The translations under genes were made by a program, and so were the position numbers. From Squalus acanthias (taxonomy: Eukaryota), in the NCBI GenBank assembly GCA_030390025.1, contig JASTWF010000033.1, forward strand, positions 1,490,001-1,554,000: a stretch of DNA of 64,000 nucleotides, in the 5' to 3' direction. Below, in pieces: positions 36,058-49,332 of the stretch (the stretch's first letter is position 1; every line of letters starts with the position of its first letter). A model generated the notes under the pieces. That model was not told the origin of the DNA. It did no database searches and worked only from the letters and a program-made list of their open reading frames with translations.

Positions 36058-39000
36058 CATAAGAACATAAGAACATAAGAAATAGGAGCAGGAGTAGGCC
36101 AATTGGCCCCTCCAGCCTGCTCAGTCATTCAATAAGATCATGGCTTATCTGATCCTAACCGCCAATCTACTATCACTGAACCATCTCCTGACCCTAACAG
36201 AATTGGACACACGAAATAGGAGCAGGATCAGGCTACACGGCCCCTGGGCCCGCTACGCTACCCATAGGGCCATGACCGATCCGAACCTAGGCTTATGTCC
36301 AAATTCCTGCCCGCTCCCCGTAACCCTTAATTCGCTTTACTTCTAGGAAACTGTCTATTTCTGTTTTAAATTTATGTAATGATGTAGCTTCTACAGCTCT
36401 TTGGGGCAGCATATTCCATGGACCTACCACCCTCTGAGTGAAGTAGTTTCTTCTCATCTCAGTTTTGAAAGAGCAGCCCCTTATTCTAAGACTATGCCCC
36501 CTTGTTCTAGTTTCACCCATCAGCGGGAACATCCTCCCCGCATCCACCCGATCCAACCCCTTCACAATCTTATATGTTTCAATAAGATCGCCTCTCATTC
36601 TTCTGAACTCCAATGAGTACAGTCCCAATCGACCCAACCTCTCCTCATATGTCCATCCCCTCATCCCCGGGATTAACCGAGTGAACCTTCTTTGTACTCC
36701 TTCGAGAGCAAGTATGTATTTTCTTAAGTATGGACACCAAAACTGTATGCAGTATTCCAGGTGCGGTCTCACCAATACCTTGTACAAATGAAGCAATACC
36801 TCCCTATTTTTATATTGTATCCCCCTAGCAATGAAAGCCAACATTCCATTGGCCTTCTTAATCACTTGCTGCACCTGCATACTAACCTTTTGAGTTTCGT
36901 GCACCAGGACCCCCAGATCACTTTGTACTTCAATACTTTCCAGTTACTTGCCATTAAGAAAATAACTTGCTCTACTATTTTTCCTGCCAAAGTGCATAAC
37001 CTCTCACTTTCCAGTATTGTATTCCATCTGCCAAATCTCTGCCCACTTACTTAGCCTGTCTATGTCCCCTTGCAGATTTTTTACGTCCTTCTCACTCATT
37101 ACTTTCCCTCCCATCTTAGTATCATCTGCAAACTTTGATATATTACACTCGGTCCCCTCCTCCAAATCGTTAATATAGATTGTAAAGAGTTGGGGACCCA
37201 GCACTAACCCCTGCGGAAAACCACTAGTTACTGATTGCCAGTCTGATAATGAACCATTTATCCCAACTCTCTGCCTTCTGTTAGATAGCTAATCCTCTAT
37301 CCATGCCAGAATATTACCCCCAATCCCGTGATTTTTTATCTTAAGCAATAATCTTTTGTGTGGCACCTTGTCAAATGCCTTTTGGAAGTCTAAATACACC
37401 ACATCCACTGGTTCCCCTTTATCAACCCTGTATGTTACTTCCTCAAAGAACTCCAGCAAATTTGTCAAACATGACTTTCCCTTCATAAAACCATGCTGAC
37501 TTTGTCCTATTAAATTATGATTATCCAAATGTCCCTTTACTGTCTCCTTAATAATTGACTCCAAAATTTTACATACCACAGATGTTAGGCTAACCGGTCT
37601 ATAGTTTCCACCCTTCTGTCTACTGCCCTTTTTAAATAAGGGTGTTACATTAGCAGTTTTCCAGTCTGCCGAGATTTTGCAGATTCCAGGGAGTTTTGGA
37701 AAATCATTACCAATGCATCCACAATCCCTACCGCCACTTCCCTCAAGACCCTAGGATGTAAGCCATCAGGTCCAGGTGATTTATCCGCCTGGAGTCCTAT
37801 TATTTTACCGAATACCACTTCCTTAGTGATTTTGATCGTGTTTAGCTCATCCCCCCTATAGCCCCCTGTTTGTCCAGTGTTGGGATATTCTTCGTGTCCT
37901 CTACTGTAAAGACTGATACAAAATATACATTCAGTGTATTTTCCATCTCCATCTTTCCCACCATTAATTTCCCGGTCTCATCCTCTAAGGGACCAACATT
38001 TACTTTAGCCTCCCTTTTTCTTTTTATATAACTATAAAAACTCTTACTATCTGTTTTTATATTTTTTACAAATTTACTTTCATAATCTATCTTCCCTTTC
38101 TTAATCAATCGTTTTGTTATTTTTTGCTGTCTTTTAAAGTTTTCCCAATCCGCTATCCTCCCACTAGCTTTGGCAACCTTAAAAGCCCTTGTTTTTAGTC
38201 GAATACTATCCTTAATGTCATTACTTAGCCACGGATGACTGTCTTTTCTTTTACACCCTTTTCTTCTCAGTGGAATATATATTTTTTGGAAGTTGTAAAA
38301 TAACTCCTTAAATGTACACCACTGATCATGTATCGTCTTACCCTTTAATCTATTTTCCCAATCCACTCTACTCAATTCCGCTCGCATACCTTCATAGTCT
38401 CCTTTATTCAAGCTTAGCACGCTTGTTTGAGATCCAACCTTCTCACCCTCTAATTGAATATGGAATTCAACCATGTTATGGTCACTCATTCCAAGGGGAT
38501 CCTTTACTAGGACATTTTTAATTAATCATGTCTCTTTACACAGGACCAGATCAAAGTTTGCTTGACCCCTGGTCGGTTCAGTTACATACTGCTCAAGAAA
38601 CCCATCCTTAATACACTCAATGAACTCATCCTCAAGGCAGCCCTGCCCAATTTGATTTGTCCAATTAATATGATAGTTAAAATCCCCCATAATTATAGAT
38701 GTTCCCTTATTACAAGCCTTACATATTTCCTGATTGATACTCCGTCCAACAGAGTTGCAACTGTTCGGAGGCCTATAGACTACGCCCACTAGTGCTTTTT
38801 TCCCCTTATTATTCCTTATCTCCACCCAAACTGTTTCATTATCCTGATCTTTTGACCAAAATTTCATTTCTCTGTATTACAGTGATTCCTTCCTTTATTA
38901 ACATAGCCACCCCACCTCCCCTTCCTTCCTGCCTGTCCTTCCTGATCGTTAAATAACCTGGTATGTTTAATTCCCAGGCATTGTCACCCTACAGCCATGT

Positions 39001-40699
39001 TTCTGTAATGGCCACAAGATCATACCCATATGTAGTTATTTGTGTCTTTAACTCATCTATTTTGTTACGGATGCTACGTGCATTCAGATAGCGAACTTTC
39101 AAATATGATTTGTGACACTTAGTTCCTGCTTTTGCCCTTTTTATTACTTTACCTTGTACTCCATACCTTCTGCACGTTCCTGACACACTCTGGTTTTTAA
39201 TGTCCCCACTGCTACCTCAGTCTATGTCCTTCTCTGTTGTCATTTTTATTATTTGCTCTCCAGGAACCTCCCCCCCACTAGTTAGTTTAAAGCCTTCTCA
39301 ACAGCCCTAGTTATATGATCCGTCAGGACTAAAGTCCCAGCACTGGCCAAGTGAAGCACGTCCCAAAGGAACAGCTCCAGCATGCCCCAGTACTGGTTCC
39401 AGTGTCACAGGAAGCAAAACCCATTTCTCCCACGCCAGTCTTTGAGCCACTCATTTAACTCTCTAATGTTATTTGTCCTAGCCAAATTCGCTCGTGGCTC
39501 AGGTAATAATCCAGAGATTATTACCTATGAGGTTCTGTTTTTTAATTTGACCCCTAGCTGCTCATACTCCTTTAACAGAACCGGCTTCCTTGTCCTATCT
39601 ACGTCGTTTGTACCAACATGGACCACGACAACTTGATCCACCCCCTCCCACTGCAAGTTTCTTTCCAGCCCAGAGGAGTTGTCCTTAACCCGGGCACCGG
39701 GCAGGCAATACAGCCTACGGGACTCTCGCTCTCGGCTGCAGAGAACTCTATCTATCTCCCTAATAATACTATCCCCTACCACGACAACATTTCAATTTAA
39801 TCCCCCCTCTTGAATGGCCCCCCATTCCACGGTGCTGTGGCCAGGTTGCTCATCCTCCCTGCAGTCCCCACTCCTGTCCCCACAGGGAGTAAGAGCCTCG
39901 AACCTGTTGGACGAGAGCGAGGGCTGCGGCTCCTCCAACACAACCTCCTGGATCCCCGTACCTGCCTCACTCGTAGTCACACCGTCCTGTCCCTGACCAT
40001 GGGCTACATCTGAATTAATTAACTTCATAGGTGTGACCACCTCCTGAAACACAGAGTCCAGGTAATTCTCCCCCTCCCTGATGTGTCGCAGTGACTGAAG
40101 CTCAGACTCCCGCTCATCAACAGGGAGCTGGAGTTCCTGTAGCAGCAGACACTTGTCACAGATGTAATCACCGTGAGCCTCAATGGGGTCCACTGGCTCC
40201 CACATCTCGCAACAGTAACACATCAGCTGCTCCATTCTATGTAATTAATTAATTTTTTTATTGTTAGTCATGGACACTCTCTGCCCGATTATAGCTGCTG
40301 GTATCCCCTCTAATTAATTGGATTTAAATTAAATCAATCCCTCTAAATTAGACCAGTTAAATGGTTTACCAACAATCACTCTGCACCAGAAAGGCCTTAT
40401 TAACTAGAACCCACAGACTTTAAGTTTAAAAAGAGAGAATTACTCACCAACCAATTACTTACCTGCTTTCTGGTGACGTCACACCTCGATTATTTTTACC
40501 TCTCTCCCTCCCTCCGAGTTCGGAGACTGGTCCCGCCTTACCTGATCTCTGGAGCCTTTTAAACCCTCTGCCGCCGCCTCACCTCACGCAGGTCCGCCGC
40601 CGCACCAGGAAGCTGACAAAGATGGAAAAAGGAAGGCACACCTCCCTCCCCGAACTCCCTCACTCACCAAACTCGCAGCTTAGCATTCTGTTCCTATCT
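36055..40699 (-). mobile_element. Full-length decayed CR1 LINE: 5' UTR, ORF1 (Cys finger + coiled coil + SGNH esterase), ORF2 (APE + RT), 3' UTR
   Basis: CYCCEMW..CDKC; GDSIIR..VHVGTND; YLNARSIRNK..ITETWL; GDFN; SDH; DFQKAFD; KFADDTK; (AAGAACAT)n tail. Confidence 0.93.
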
Positions 40700-40945
40700 G
40701 CTACAGGGAGCACTGATGAGAGCCTGGGAGCCGGCCGTGGGCCTGTTATCACATGCTGGAGGAAGCTAGAGGGAGCGCTGGTGTCAGCCTGGGAGCAGGC
40801 TTTGGTCCTGTTATCACATGCTGGAGAAAGCTACAGGGAGCACTGGAGTCAGCCTGGGACCAGGCCCTGGGCCTGTTATCACATGCTGGAGGAAGCTACA
40901 GGGAGCGCTGGTGTCAGCCTGGGAGCAGGCCGTGGGCCTGTTATC
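40700..40945. repeat. 65-bp minisatellite, right part (about 4 units)
   Basis: Resumes with GCTACAGGG exactly where the left part stops (GGAGGAA). Confidence 0.92.
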
Positions 40946-41029
40946 TTAGCAGCACACCAGGAAAGATAGGTTTTCAATTAACTTTGCAATTGCCTTTTTT
41001 AGTGCTGATAGGCCTCAAACATTTGGGCA

Positions 41030-42780
41030 ATAGTGACACAAAGGCTAGGAGGTCAGGGTAGGGGGATGGCGCAGAAGCAGATAATAAGATAGCCAAAAGA
41101 CACACACTGGCGGAGGGGCTCCACGGCACAGCGGTAGAGAGGAGTGACAAGGAGCGTAGAGAAGGGAACGGACAAACAGAAACAGAACAAAGAATAATGT
41201 AGAAAGAGCAGCAGTTAAAGTGACGAAAAACGCAAAGCCAACTAGCTTACTGTTGGAATGCATGTGTGTTAATGCGGGGAGTGTTACAAATAAGTTTGAC
41301 GAGTCGCAGGCGCAAGTTGTCACATAAGGTTATGAAATAGAGGCTATAACGGGGTCCTGGCTTATAAATGGCTATAATTGGAAACTGTCTTGCATCGCAG
41401 GTTACTAAGGGAAGTTGGGGTGGAGATAGTGGAAGGGCTTGCTTAGTCTTGAAAACTTCCCCAGATGCGGGGGAGGTGCTAAAGGATTGGAAAGTGGTAA
41501 ATGTGACATCCTTGTTCAAGAAAGGGTGTAAGGAAAATCCTAGTAACTACAGGCCGGTCAGTTTAACATCAGTGGTGGGTAAGATTTTAGAAACAATAAT
41601 CAGGGAATAATTTAACAGGCACTTGGAGAGGTTAAGTAATCTGAGGAGAGCCAGCACGGATTTATAAAAAGCAGATTGTGTTTGACTAATTTATTGAATT
41701 TTTTGATGAAGTAACAGAGATGTTTGATGTAGGGAATGTAGCGGATGATGTCTATATGGATTTTAAGAAAGCGTTTGAGACAAAATACCACAGAAAATGC
41801 TGGTTAACAACATTTAGGCTCATGGAATAGCAGGGTCAGTGACAGCTTGGATAAGAAATTGGCTTATGGACAGAAATCAGCGAGTCAAGATAAATGGTTG
41901 TTTTTCAGACTGGAGGATTGTAGACAGTGGTGTTCCCCAAGTGTCAGTGCTAGGGCCGCTGCTTTTTTTTGACATATATATAAATGATTTGGATATTGCA
42001 ATAGAGAGTAACAAATCGAAATTTGCCGATTATACCAAACTTGGAGGTGTGGAGAATTCCAATCGACTGCATCACGACATAGATAGGCTAGCAGAAAGGG
42101 CAGACAAGTGGCAAATGGAATTTAATGCAGATAAGTATGAAGCGATGCATTTTGGCTGAAGTGATAGTGAGAGGCAATAAAGACTTAATGGCACGCTTAA
42201 AAATAGTGTGCAGGGAGAGAGCGACCGGCGCGGTTCATTTGCATAGGTCTTTGAAGGTGGCAGGTCATATTGAGAGAGCAGTGATCAAAGCATATGGGAT
42301 CTTGGGTTTCATAAACAGAGCTATTGAGTACAAAAGCAGGGAAGTTATGCTGAACATTCATAAAGCTCTCGTTAGGCTACAACTAGAGCATTGCGTGCAG
42401 TTCTGGTCACCACACTTTAGGAAGGATGTGAAGGTCCTTGAGAGGGTGCAGAGGATATATACAAGAATGTTTCCAGGGATGAGGGATTTTAGCTACAAGG
42501 TTAGGTTGGAGAAGCTGAGGTTGTTCTCCTTGGAGCAAAGGAGACTGAGGGGAGGTTTGATAGAAGTGTACGAGATTATGACGGGTATGGATAAGGTAGA
42601 CAAAGAAAGGCTGTTCCCATTAGCTGATGGTACAAGGACTAGGGGAAACAGATTTAATGTTTTGGGCAAGAGATACATGGGGGATGTGAGGAAGAACTTT
42701 ATTACGCAGCGAGTGGTAATGACCTGGAATTCGCTGCCGACGAGGGTGGTGGAAGCGTAGACGATCAATGATTTCAGCAG
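41030..42780 (+). mobile_element. Internally deleted CR1 LINE
   Basis: NYRPVSLTSVVGK, KFADYTK and LEHCVQFWSPH peptides. Confidence 0.85.
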
Positions 42781-43180
42781 GAAAGCAGCGGCAGCGGCGA
42801 GAGGATAAATAGCGGCCCGAGAGCGGAGCTGAATTAAAACAGCGGTAGCGGCGAGAGGATAAAGTGCGGCCCGAGAGCGAAGCTGAATTAAAACAGCGGC
42901 AGCGGCGAGAGGATGAAGAGCGGCCCGAGAGCGGACCTGAATTAAAGCAGTGACAGCGGCGAGAGGATAAAGAGCGGTCCGGGAGCGGAGCTGAATTAAA
43001 ACAGCGGCAGTGGCAGCGGCGAGAGGATAAAGAGCGGCCCGAGAGCGGAGCTGAATTAAAACAGCGGCAGTGGCAGCGGCGAGAGGATAAAGAGCGGCCC
43101 GAGAGCGGAGCTGAATTAAAGCAGTGACAGCGGCGAGAGGATAAAGAGCGGTCCGGGAGCGGACCTGAATTAAAGCAGCG
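42781..43180 (+). repeat. 53-60-bp CpG-rich tandem monomers (about 7) heading the CR1 element
   Basis: GCGGCGAGAGGAT(A/G)AA at ~42795, 42848, 42902, 42956, 43016, 43076 and 43130. Confidence 0.9.
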
Positions 43181-45677
43181 CGATGCTCCAGTTCAAAACA
43201 ACATCAAATGTGACGTCCCAGGAGAGCTGGTAGGTGATTGGTTGGTGAGTATTACAGCTCTTTTTTGCTCTCTAAGTGAGGAAAGGGTGTTAAATTAAGA
43301 GCTGAGAAACTGTAACTCGCTAGTACTTATGAACTTAATAACTTAAATTAAACGAAATAATCAAAAATTTATCCTAAAAGATCGATTGAATAAAATCTTT
43401 TACCAATTAATTAATAAACAAGACAATGCTTGAAATGGCAGGGCAGGTGGTGTGTCGTAACTGCAGCTTGTGGAAGTTTGTGGAGCGCATCGCGATCCCG
43501 AGCAACCACATCTGCAGTAAATGTCTGCATTTCGAGGAAATTCGGCTCAGAATTGTTGAGCTCGAGTACGAGCTGCAGACATTGCGATGCACCAGGGAGG
43601 GGTCAGTTATCTGGACACTTTGTTCCAGGAGGCAGGCACACCCTTTAGGTCGAGTAGTACTTTAGAGTTCGTCTGTGGTCAGGGACAGGAGGGTGTGACT
43701 GCGAGTCAGGAAGGTATGGGAACCCAGGATGTAGTGATGGAGGAGCCACAGCCCTGGAACTTGTCTAATGGATGCGAGGTACTTTCTACCTGTATGGATG
43801 AGGAAAAGGACTGCAGGGAGGATGGGCAAACTGACCACGGCACTGTAGTACAGGGGGCCATCCAAGTGGGGGGAGAAGTAAGGGATTTGGTAGTAGTACG
43901 GGACAATATAGTCAGGGAGATAGATACTGTTCTGTGCCGCCGTGAAAAAGAGTCCCGAAGGCAGTGTTCCCTGCCGGTGCCAGGGTTAAGGATATCTCCT
44001 CGTGGCTGGAGAAGAACTTGGAGTGGAAGGAGGAGGATCCAGTTGTCATGGTTCATGTAGGAACCAATGATACAGGTAGAACTATGAATGAGGTTCTGCT
44101 GAGGGAGTTTGAGGACCAAGTTCTAAATTAATAAGCACAACCACAACGGTAATAATCTCTGGATTACTACCTGAGCCACGCGCAAATTGGCACAGGGTCA
44201 AGCAGATCAGAGATTTAAATGAGTGGCTCAAAGAGTGGTGTGGGAAAATGGGGTTTCAATTCATGGGGCACTGCCACCAGTACCGGGGAAAGAGGGAGCT
44301 GTTCCATAGGGACGGGCTCCACTTAAACCGAGCAAGGACCAGCGTCCTGGCGAAGCGAATAACTAGGGCTGTAGATAGGGCTTTAAACTAAATAATGGGG
44401 GAGGGGTCAGGTGAGAGGAAATTTAGAAATGCAAAGAGAAAGCCCAGGGCAATAGAGCAGTTTAGCGATTTGGGTAAAAATAAGTAGAGTGTGACAGGAA
44501 GGGACAGAGAGTTTAATGATAGCAGTGCAGCAGAGAATAAGGCCAAAGCAGGGAATAATGTTAAGAACATTAAATTAGATGCTCTTTATCTGAATGCACG
44601 AAGCATTCGTAACAAGATAGATGTATTCGTGGCGCAAACAGAGATAAATGGGTTTGATCTAATAGCCATTACAGAGACATGATTGCAAGGTGGCCAAGGT
44701 GGGGAACTAAATGTTCCAGGGACTTGACATTTCGAAAAGACAGGCAGAATGTAAAAGAAGGAGGAGTAGCCCTGATAAAAAAGGATGACATAAGGACAGT
44801 ACTGAGAAAGGATCTCAGCTCGGAAGATCAGGATTTAGAATCAGCATTGGTGGGGATAAGGAAAACATGGAGCAGAAAACATTGGTAGGAGTATATAGGG
44901 CCCCGAACAGTAACTATACCGTTGTACAGAATATTAATCAAGAAATACTTGGAGCTTGCAACAAAGGTAATGCAATAAACTTGGGGGACTTCAATCTTCA
45001 TATAGACTGGACAAATCAAATTGGTAAAGGTAGTCTGGAGAATGAGTTCTTGGAATGCATTCGGGACAGTTTCCTAGAACAATATTTTATGGAACCAAAC
45101 AGGGAACAGTTTATTTTATATCTTGTATTCTGTAATGAGACAGGGTTAATTAGCAATCTCATAATAAAGGATCCTCTGGTGCAGAGTGGTCATAATATGA
45201 TAGAATTTCACGATAATTTTGAAAGTGACTTGCCCAAGTGCGAAACTAGAGTCTTAAAGTAAATAAAGCCAATTACATAAGTATGAGGGGCGAGTTGACT
45301 AAGGGAGATTGGAAAAATAGATTAAAGGTATGGCGGTAGATAAGCAGTGGCTAGCATTTAAAGAAATATGTCATAATTCTCAACAAAAATGCATTTCATT
45401 GAGAAACAAAAATTCCACGGGAAAAGTAATCCAACCGTGGCTAACTAAAGTAGTTAAGGATAGCATTAGATTGAACGAAGAATCTAATAATGTAGGAAAA
45501 ATAAAAATAACCCTGAGGATTGGCAGAGTTTCAGAAACCAGCAAAGTTTGAACATTGATTGATTAAAAGGGAAAAAATTGAATATGAGAAATAACTAGCA
45601 GGAAATATAAAAGCAGACTGTAAGAGTTTCAAAAGTATGTAAAAAGGAAAAGAGTAGCAAAAGTAAACATTGGTCAC
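42781..45677 (+). mobile_element. CR1 LINE 5' half (5' monomer array, ORF1, endonuclease), truncated at 45677
   Basis: ORF1 CRNCSLW..CSKC, esterase HVGTND, APE YLNARSIRNK and GDFN. Confidence 0.88.
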
Positions 45678-46870
45678 TGTAAGGGGTATCTTAATCGCTC
45701 CCACACCCCTCCGGTTCCTAGAGTTTGGACTTATTTAGGGGTTGTGAACAAAATTGCAGTAAACAGGTTCTGATGAAAGAATTTTACTTTATTAAAAGAA
45801 AAAGGTAACAATGTTGAAACACACTTATTACTTAAACACAGATTCGGGGAACACACGGTACAAGCGTGGGAAATGGCAATATATCAAACAAAACCTTATC
45901 CCTCCCAAAGATCCCACTATCTGGCTAGGTTTTTGGTTTCAGGAGATCAGGGATAATGCTCACCAACGAATCCTTGACAGGATTTTAGAGTCTTTTGTTT
46001 AAAAAGACTCCGTAAAGCCCTTGTTGCTGCGAGGTGTCCGATGGTCACTGAGGCAGTCGCTCTGGTTTCTTCTTGCGTGCTGGTCTGTTTTCTGGCCTTC
46101 TTCCTCGTGGCTTGTGGTAGGTTTTGCTGGAGCAGGGAGAGAGCTGTGTCCGCGTGGTCAGCCAGTCCGAAAGAGAGAGAAATTATGGCACAGGCTTTCA
46201 AATTATACTGTTTCTTTTTCGCGCCCAAAAAACCCTTATTAAAACTGATTCCTTTTGGTTGCAAATGAACCTTGCTTAGTCCAATTGTCTAGTTTTGGCG
46301 GGCTTGCCAGTTCCGATGGCTTTTGCTCAGTGTTAAACATGTCTTGATCGTTTTCCGGTTTAAACATAGCCTTATCTGCGCGCCAAATCTCCCCATATTG
46401 TCCTAGGTCTTTTGGCGGGCTTTTAAATCTGTTCTGTGGATACCTGGTTGACTGTTTTTTTTTGATGGGATAATGGCTATGAAACTGTGTGCTGGAAGTT
46501 TTATTGTCAGGAATCGTTTTTAGATTTCCAGCATCTTATTTGCCCCTGGGGATTCATATTTGAATGTGTTTGTGAGTTTTTGCTTTGTCTCTTGCACCTT
46601 GGTAGGATTTGTAGTGTAAACAATTCCCAGACAGCTTGATCTGTTCACTGCCTGGCCACGCCCCTCGCAGCTTGAGTCCGTGAAATGTGTCTCTCCCAAC
46701 AGTAAGATTCAAAAAGTCAGTTTCCTCAGGTTTTTTTCTTCCCTGATCTTTAGGTTTTTACATCAAATCACTTCACATAGGCCCCATCATCCCAAGTTTG
46801 TATGAAAAGTCCAGAAATCACTTCCTTTAGGGCTCTGTTCGAGTTTCTGGGGGATTTTGCGAAGCCTACA
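45678..46870 (-). mobile_element. Candidate solo LTR
   Basis: Begins TGTAAGG and ends GCCTACA, abruptly truncates the CR1, has a minus-strand AATAAA near 45790; no TSD found. Confidence 0.4.
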
Positions 46871-46949
46871 AGATCAGCAAACTGAGCGCAGTCCGGGAAC
46901 GGATCCTGATCACACCCTGCTCTGAGTGGCTCCACTGGGCGAGAACAAC

Positions 46950-47400
46950 AGCACAGGCCAGATATGTAGCCTGGGCCCTTCCTACACTGTGGGGCTCAGT
47001 AACACGCTGCTTGAGATGGAGTAACACACCAAAGGCCGGGTGGAGCCTGGGCTCTTCCTAATCTGTACGGCTCAGTAACACACTGCTTGAGATGGAGTAA
47101 AACACCACAGGCCGGAGATGGAGCCTGGGCCCTTCTTAATCTGTGGGGCTCAGTAACACACTGCTTGAGATGGAGTAACACACCACAGGCCGGGGATGGA
47201 GCCTGGGCTCTTCCTACTCTGTGGGGATCAGTAACACACTGCTTGAGATGGAGTAACACACCACAGGCCGGGGATGGAGCCTGGACTTTCTCTGTTCTTT
47301 GTGGGGCTCAGTAACACACCGCCTGCAATAAACTAACAGGCCTAAGGCCGAGTATGGAACCTGATTACATTCTGTTGTGTGGGGCTCAGTACCACACCGG
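46950..47400. repeat. ~78-bp minisatellite, 5-6 units
   Basis: TCAGTAACAC recurs at ~46997, 47072, 47150, 47228 and 47308. Confidence 0.9.
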
Positions 47401-48023
47401 GTGAGATCTGCAATCTCTGCACTCAAGCGGAGCCCCTGGGGCGGAGTCATCAGTTGCCTCCATGCAAGAATAGACATGGCGGATGGACAGAGGCTGTTGT
47501 ATCAATGTTTTTAAACTTTTTTCACTGGCGACCCCCAGCTCTGAATCCCCCAGCAGAGAATTCAAGTAGAGTTGGATATAAATGAGATTCAACATCAGTA
47601 TCAGAACATTACTCTTTGATTCGGGACTCTGATCTCTCTCCAGCATCTCGCTGCTGAAGATTGAACTTGACATAATTGCAGCTTGGCTCGGGATCAGTGC
47701 GGCTCAGCGAGACTTCGGCCCGTGTCTCCCTTCACAACCCATCAGTGCCGAGAAAAGAACGGGGAATTTTACACATGTGTTTTGTTCTGTAACTTTATTT
47801 GAACATTTCAGTGCATTTCACGCTGTGTCCAACACGGTGAGGTCCCCCTGGTGTATCAGATTTGTATCTGCATCAACACTCCAGCTTTACATTAACACAA
47901 CCTGAACTCCGAGATCTTGTCCGGCCTCATTGCCCCGAAAGTGAGGATTGAGCGGGAGGGGCAATGCCACCCGGGGTTAGATTTTCCTCCAAGCGGGTGA
48001 TACAACATTTAATTTACTGTGAA

Positions 48024-48084
48024 GCCCAAATAGCTCAGTTGGGCGAGCGTTAAACTGAAGATCTAAAGATCCCGGGTTTCGGCA
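48024..48084 (+). pseudogene. tRNA-Phe(GAA) pseudogene with a 12-nt T-arm/B-box deletion
   Basis: GCCCAAATAGCTCAGTTGGG..CTGAAGA..ATCCCGGGTTTCGGCA followed by TTTTT. Confidence 0.85.
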
Positions 48085-48515
48085 TTTTTGGTTAGTTTGT
48101 GTCTCCTTCACTATAAGAAGATAGAATCAGAAGAGGTTTTCCGCTCGTGAATCCGCGTCCACCAAATGAATGGGAGTGAAACCACATCTGATGCCGCTCG
48201 AACCGGCTCCAGTCGCCCGCTGCGGGTTCGAATCCAGTCGGGGTCCCGCCGCCTGGTTTTATACCGGGACAGTGTTTGAGGGAGGGGCTGTTCAGCGGTG
48301 GTGCGATAATAAATTTTAGGATGAGGTTTGTGAGATTAAAAGAGCTCTTTTACTGTTACTTTCGATTGACACTCTGCCCAGTTGTATATACGAACAGTTA
48401 ACAATGTTTAAGCGATGTGGTGTGTTCAATGTTTGTGCAGTAACTCGGTCACCCAGTGTGAGCCTGAAAGACAATCCCCCAGCCTGGGCTCGAATCTTTC
48501 AAACAGGCACTTTGT

Positions 48516-48590
48516 GGCCGGTTAGTTCAGTTGGTGAGAACGTGATGCTTATAAAATTCAAAGCCTCGGGTTCGATCCCCGTAAAGGCCA
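48516..48590 (+). pseudogene. tRNA-Ile(AAT)-derived pseudogene (anticodon now TAT, anticodon stem broken)
   Basis: GGCCGGTTAG..GGGTTCGATCCCCGTA.AGGCCA. Confidence 0.8.
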
Positions 48591-49088
48591 TCAGAATTTG
48601 TTCATACTTTTAAGCTTTTTCGAAATACTTAAAATACAACCTTTATAAAGAAACAAATCCACACAGAATCTCACGGGGGATTTATTTTGATAAACATCCA
48701 TTGCAACTTTGTCACCGTGGCGGAGAGACACATCTTTCTGTTTATTTGTTTTTTCTGGGTTTGCTGATGAACGTTGAACTGGCGGCCTGTTCCAGTTAAT
48801 GGTCACAAGAGGGTAAGCGACAGACAGAGCGGCTCTGACCCCGCGAGATGGGCAAAAGGCTTCAGTTCAGGAGTAAATGCATCAATGAAATGTTGGCCCG
48901 GCACCGAGAGAGACAACATCCAGAGAAAAGCACAGAACGAAATAGATCAATCGAAAACGTTATAAATATTTCCCATGCTTGATGTCTCTCTATTCAATCG
49001 CCAACCATTCAGTGCCGGAGAAAGAATTCCAGTTTAAATCGTTCAGTTCGAGAATGGCAGCGGAAAGAAACTCAAATGAATTGAAAAC

Positions 49089-49332
49089 TGCCGAATCCCA
49101 GGATTGAATCAGGGGCCATTATTAAATCTGTAGCGAGAAAAACAGAGTTAACGTTTCAGGTGGATGACCGTTCGTCTGACGTTAACTGTTTCTCTCTCTA
49201 CAGATGCTGCCTGATCTGCTGAGTATTTCCAGCATTTTCTGTTTTTATTTGAAATTTCCAGCATCCGCCAGTATTTTGCTTTTGTACCTTTATAAATCTT
49301 CAAGTCGCTCATCCCAACTGAGCTATTGCGGC
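49089..49332 (-). pseudogene. tRNA-Phe pseudogene split by a ~160-bp Penelope terminal-repeat insertion
   Basis: 3' half at 49089-49129 and 5' half at ~49286-49332; the insert matches the Penelope end at 59575-59666. Confidence 0.75.

Noticed and set aside
35653..47400. CRISPR-like arrays (65-, 54- and 78-bp repeats)
   Set aside because: Head-to-tail units without unique spacers, no cas genes, vertebrate context.
48205..48245. B-box-like GGGTTCGAATCC as another tRNA
   Set aside because: No recognisable A box or cloverleaf.
48516..48590. Novel intronless tRNA-Ile(TAT)
   Set aside because: The anticodon stem does not pair; this is a mutated AAT gene.
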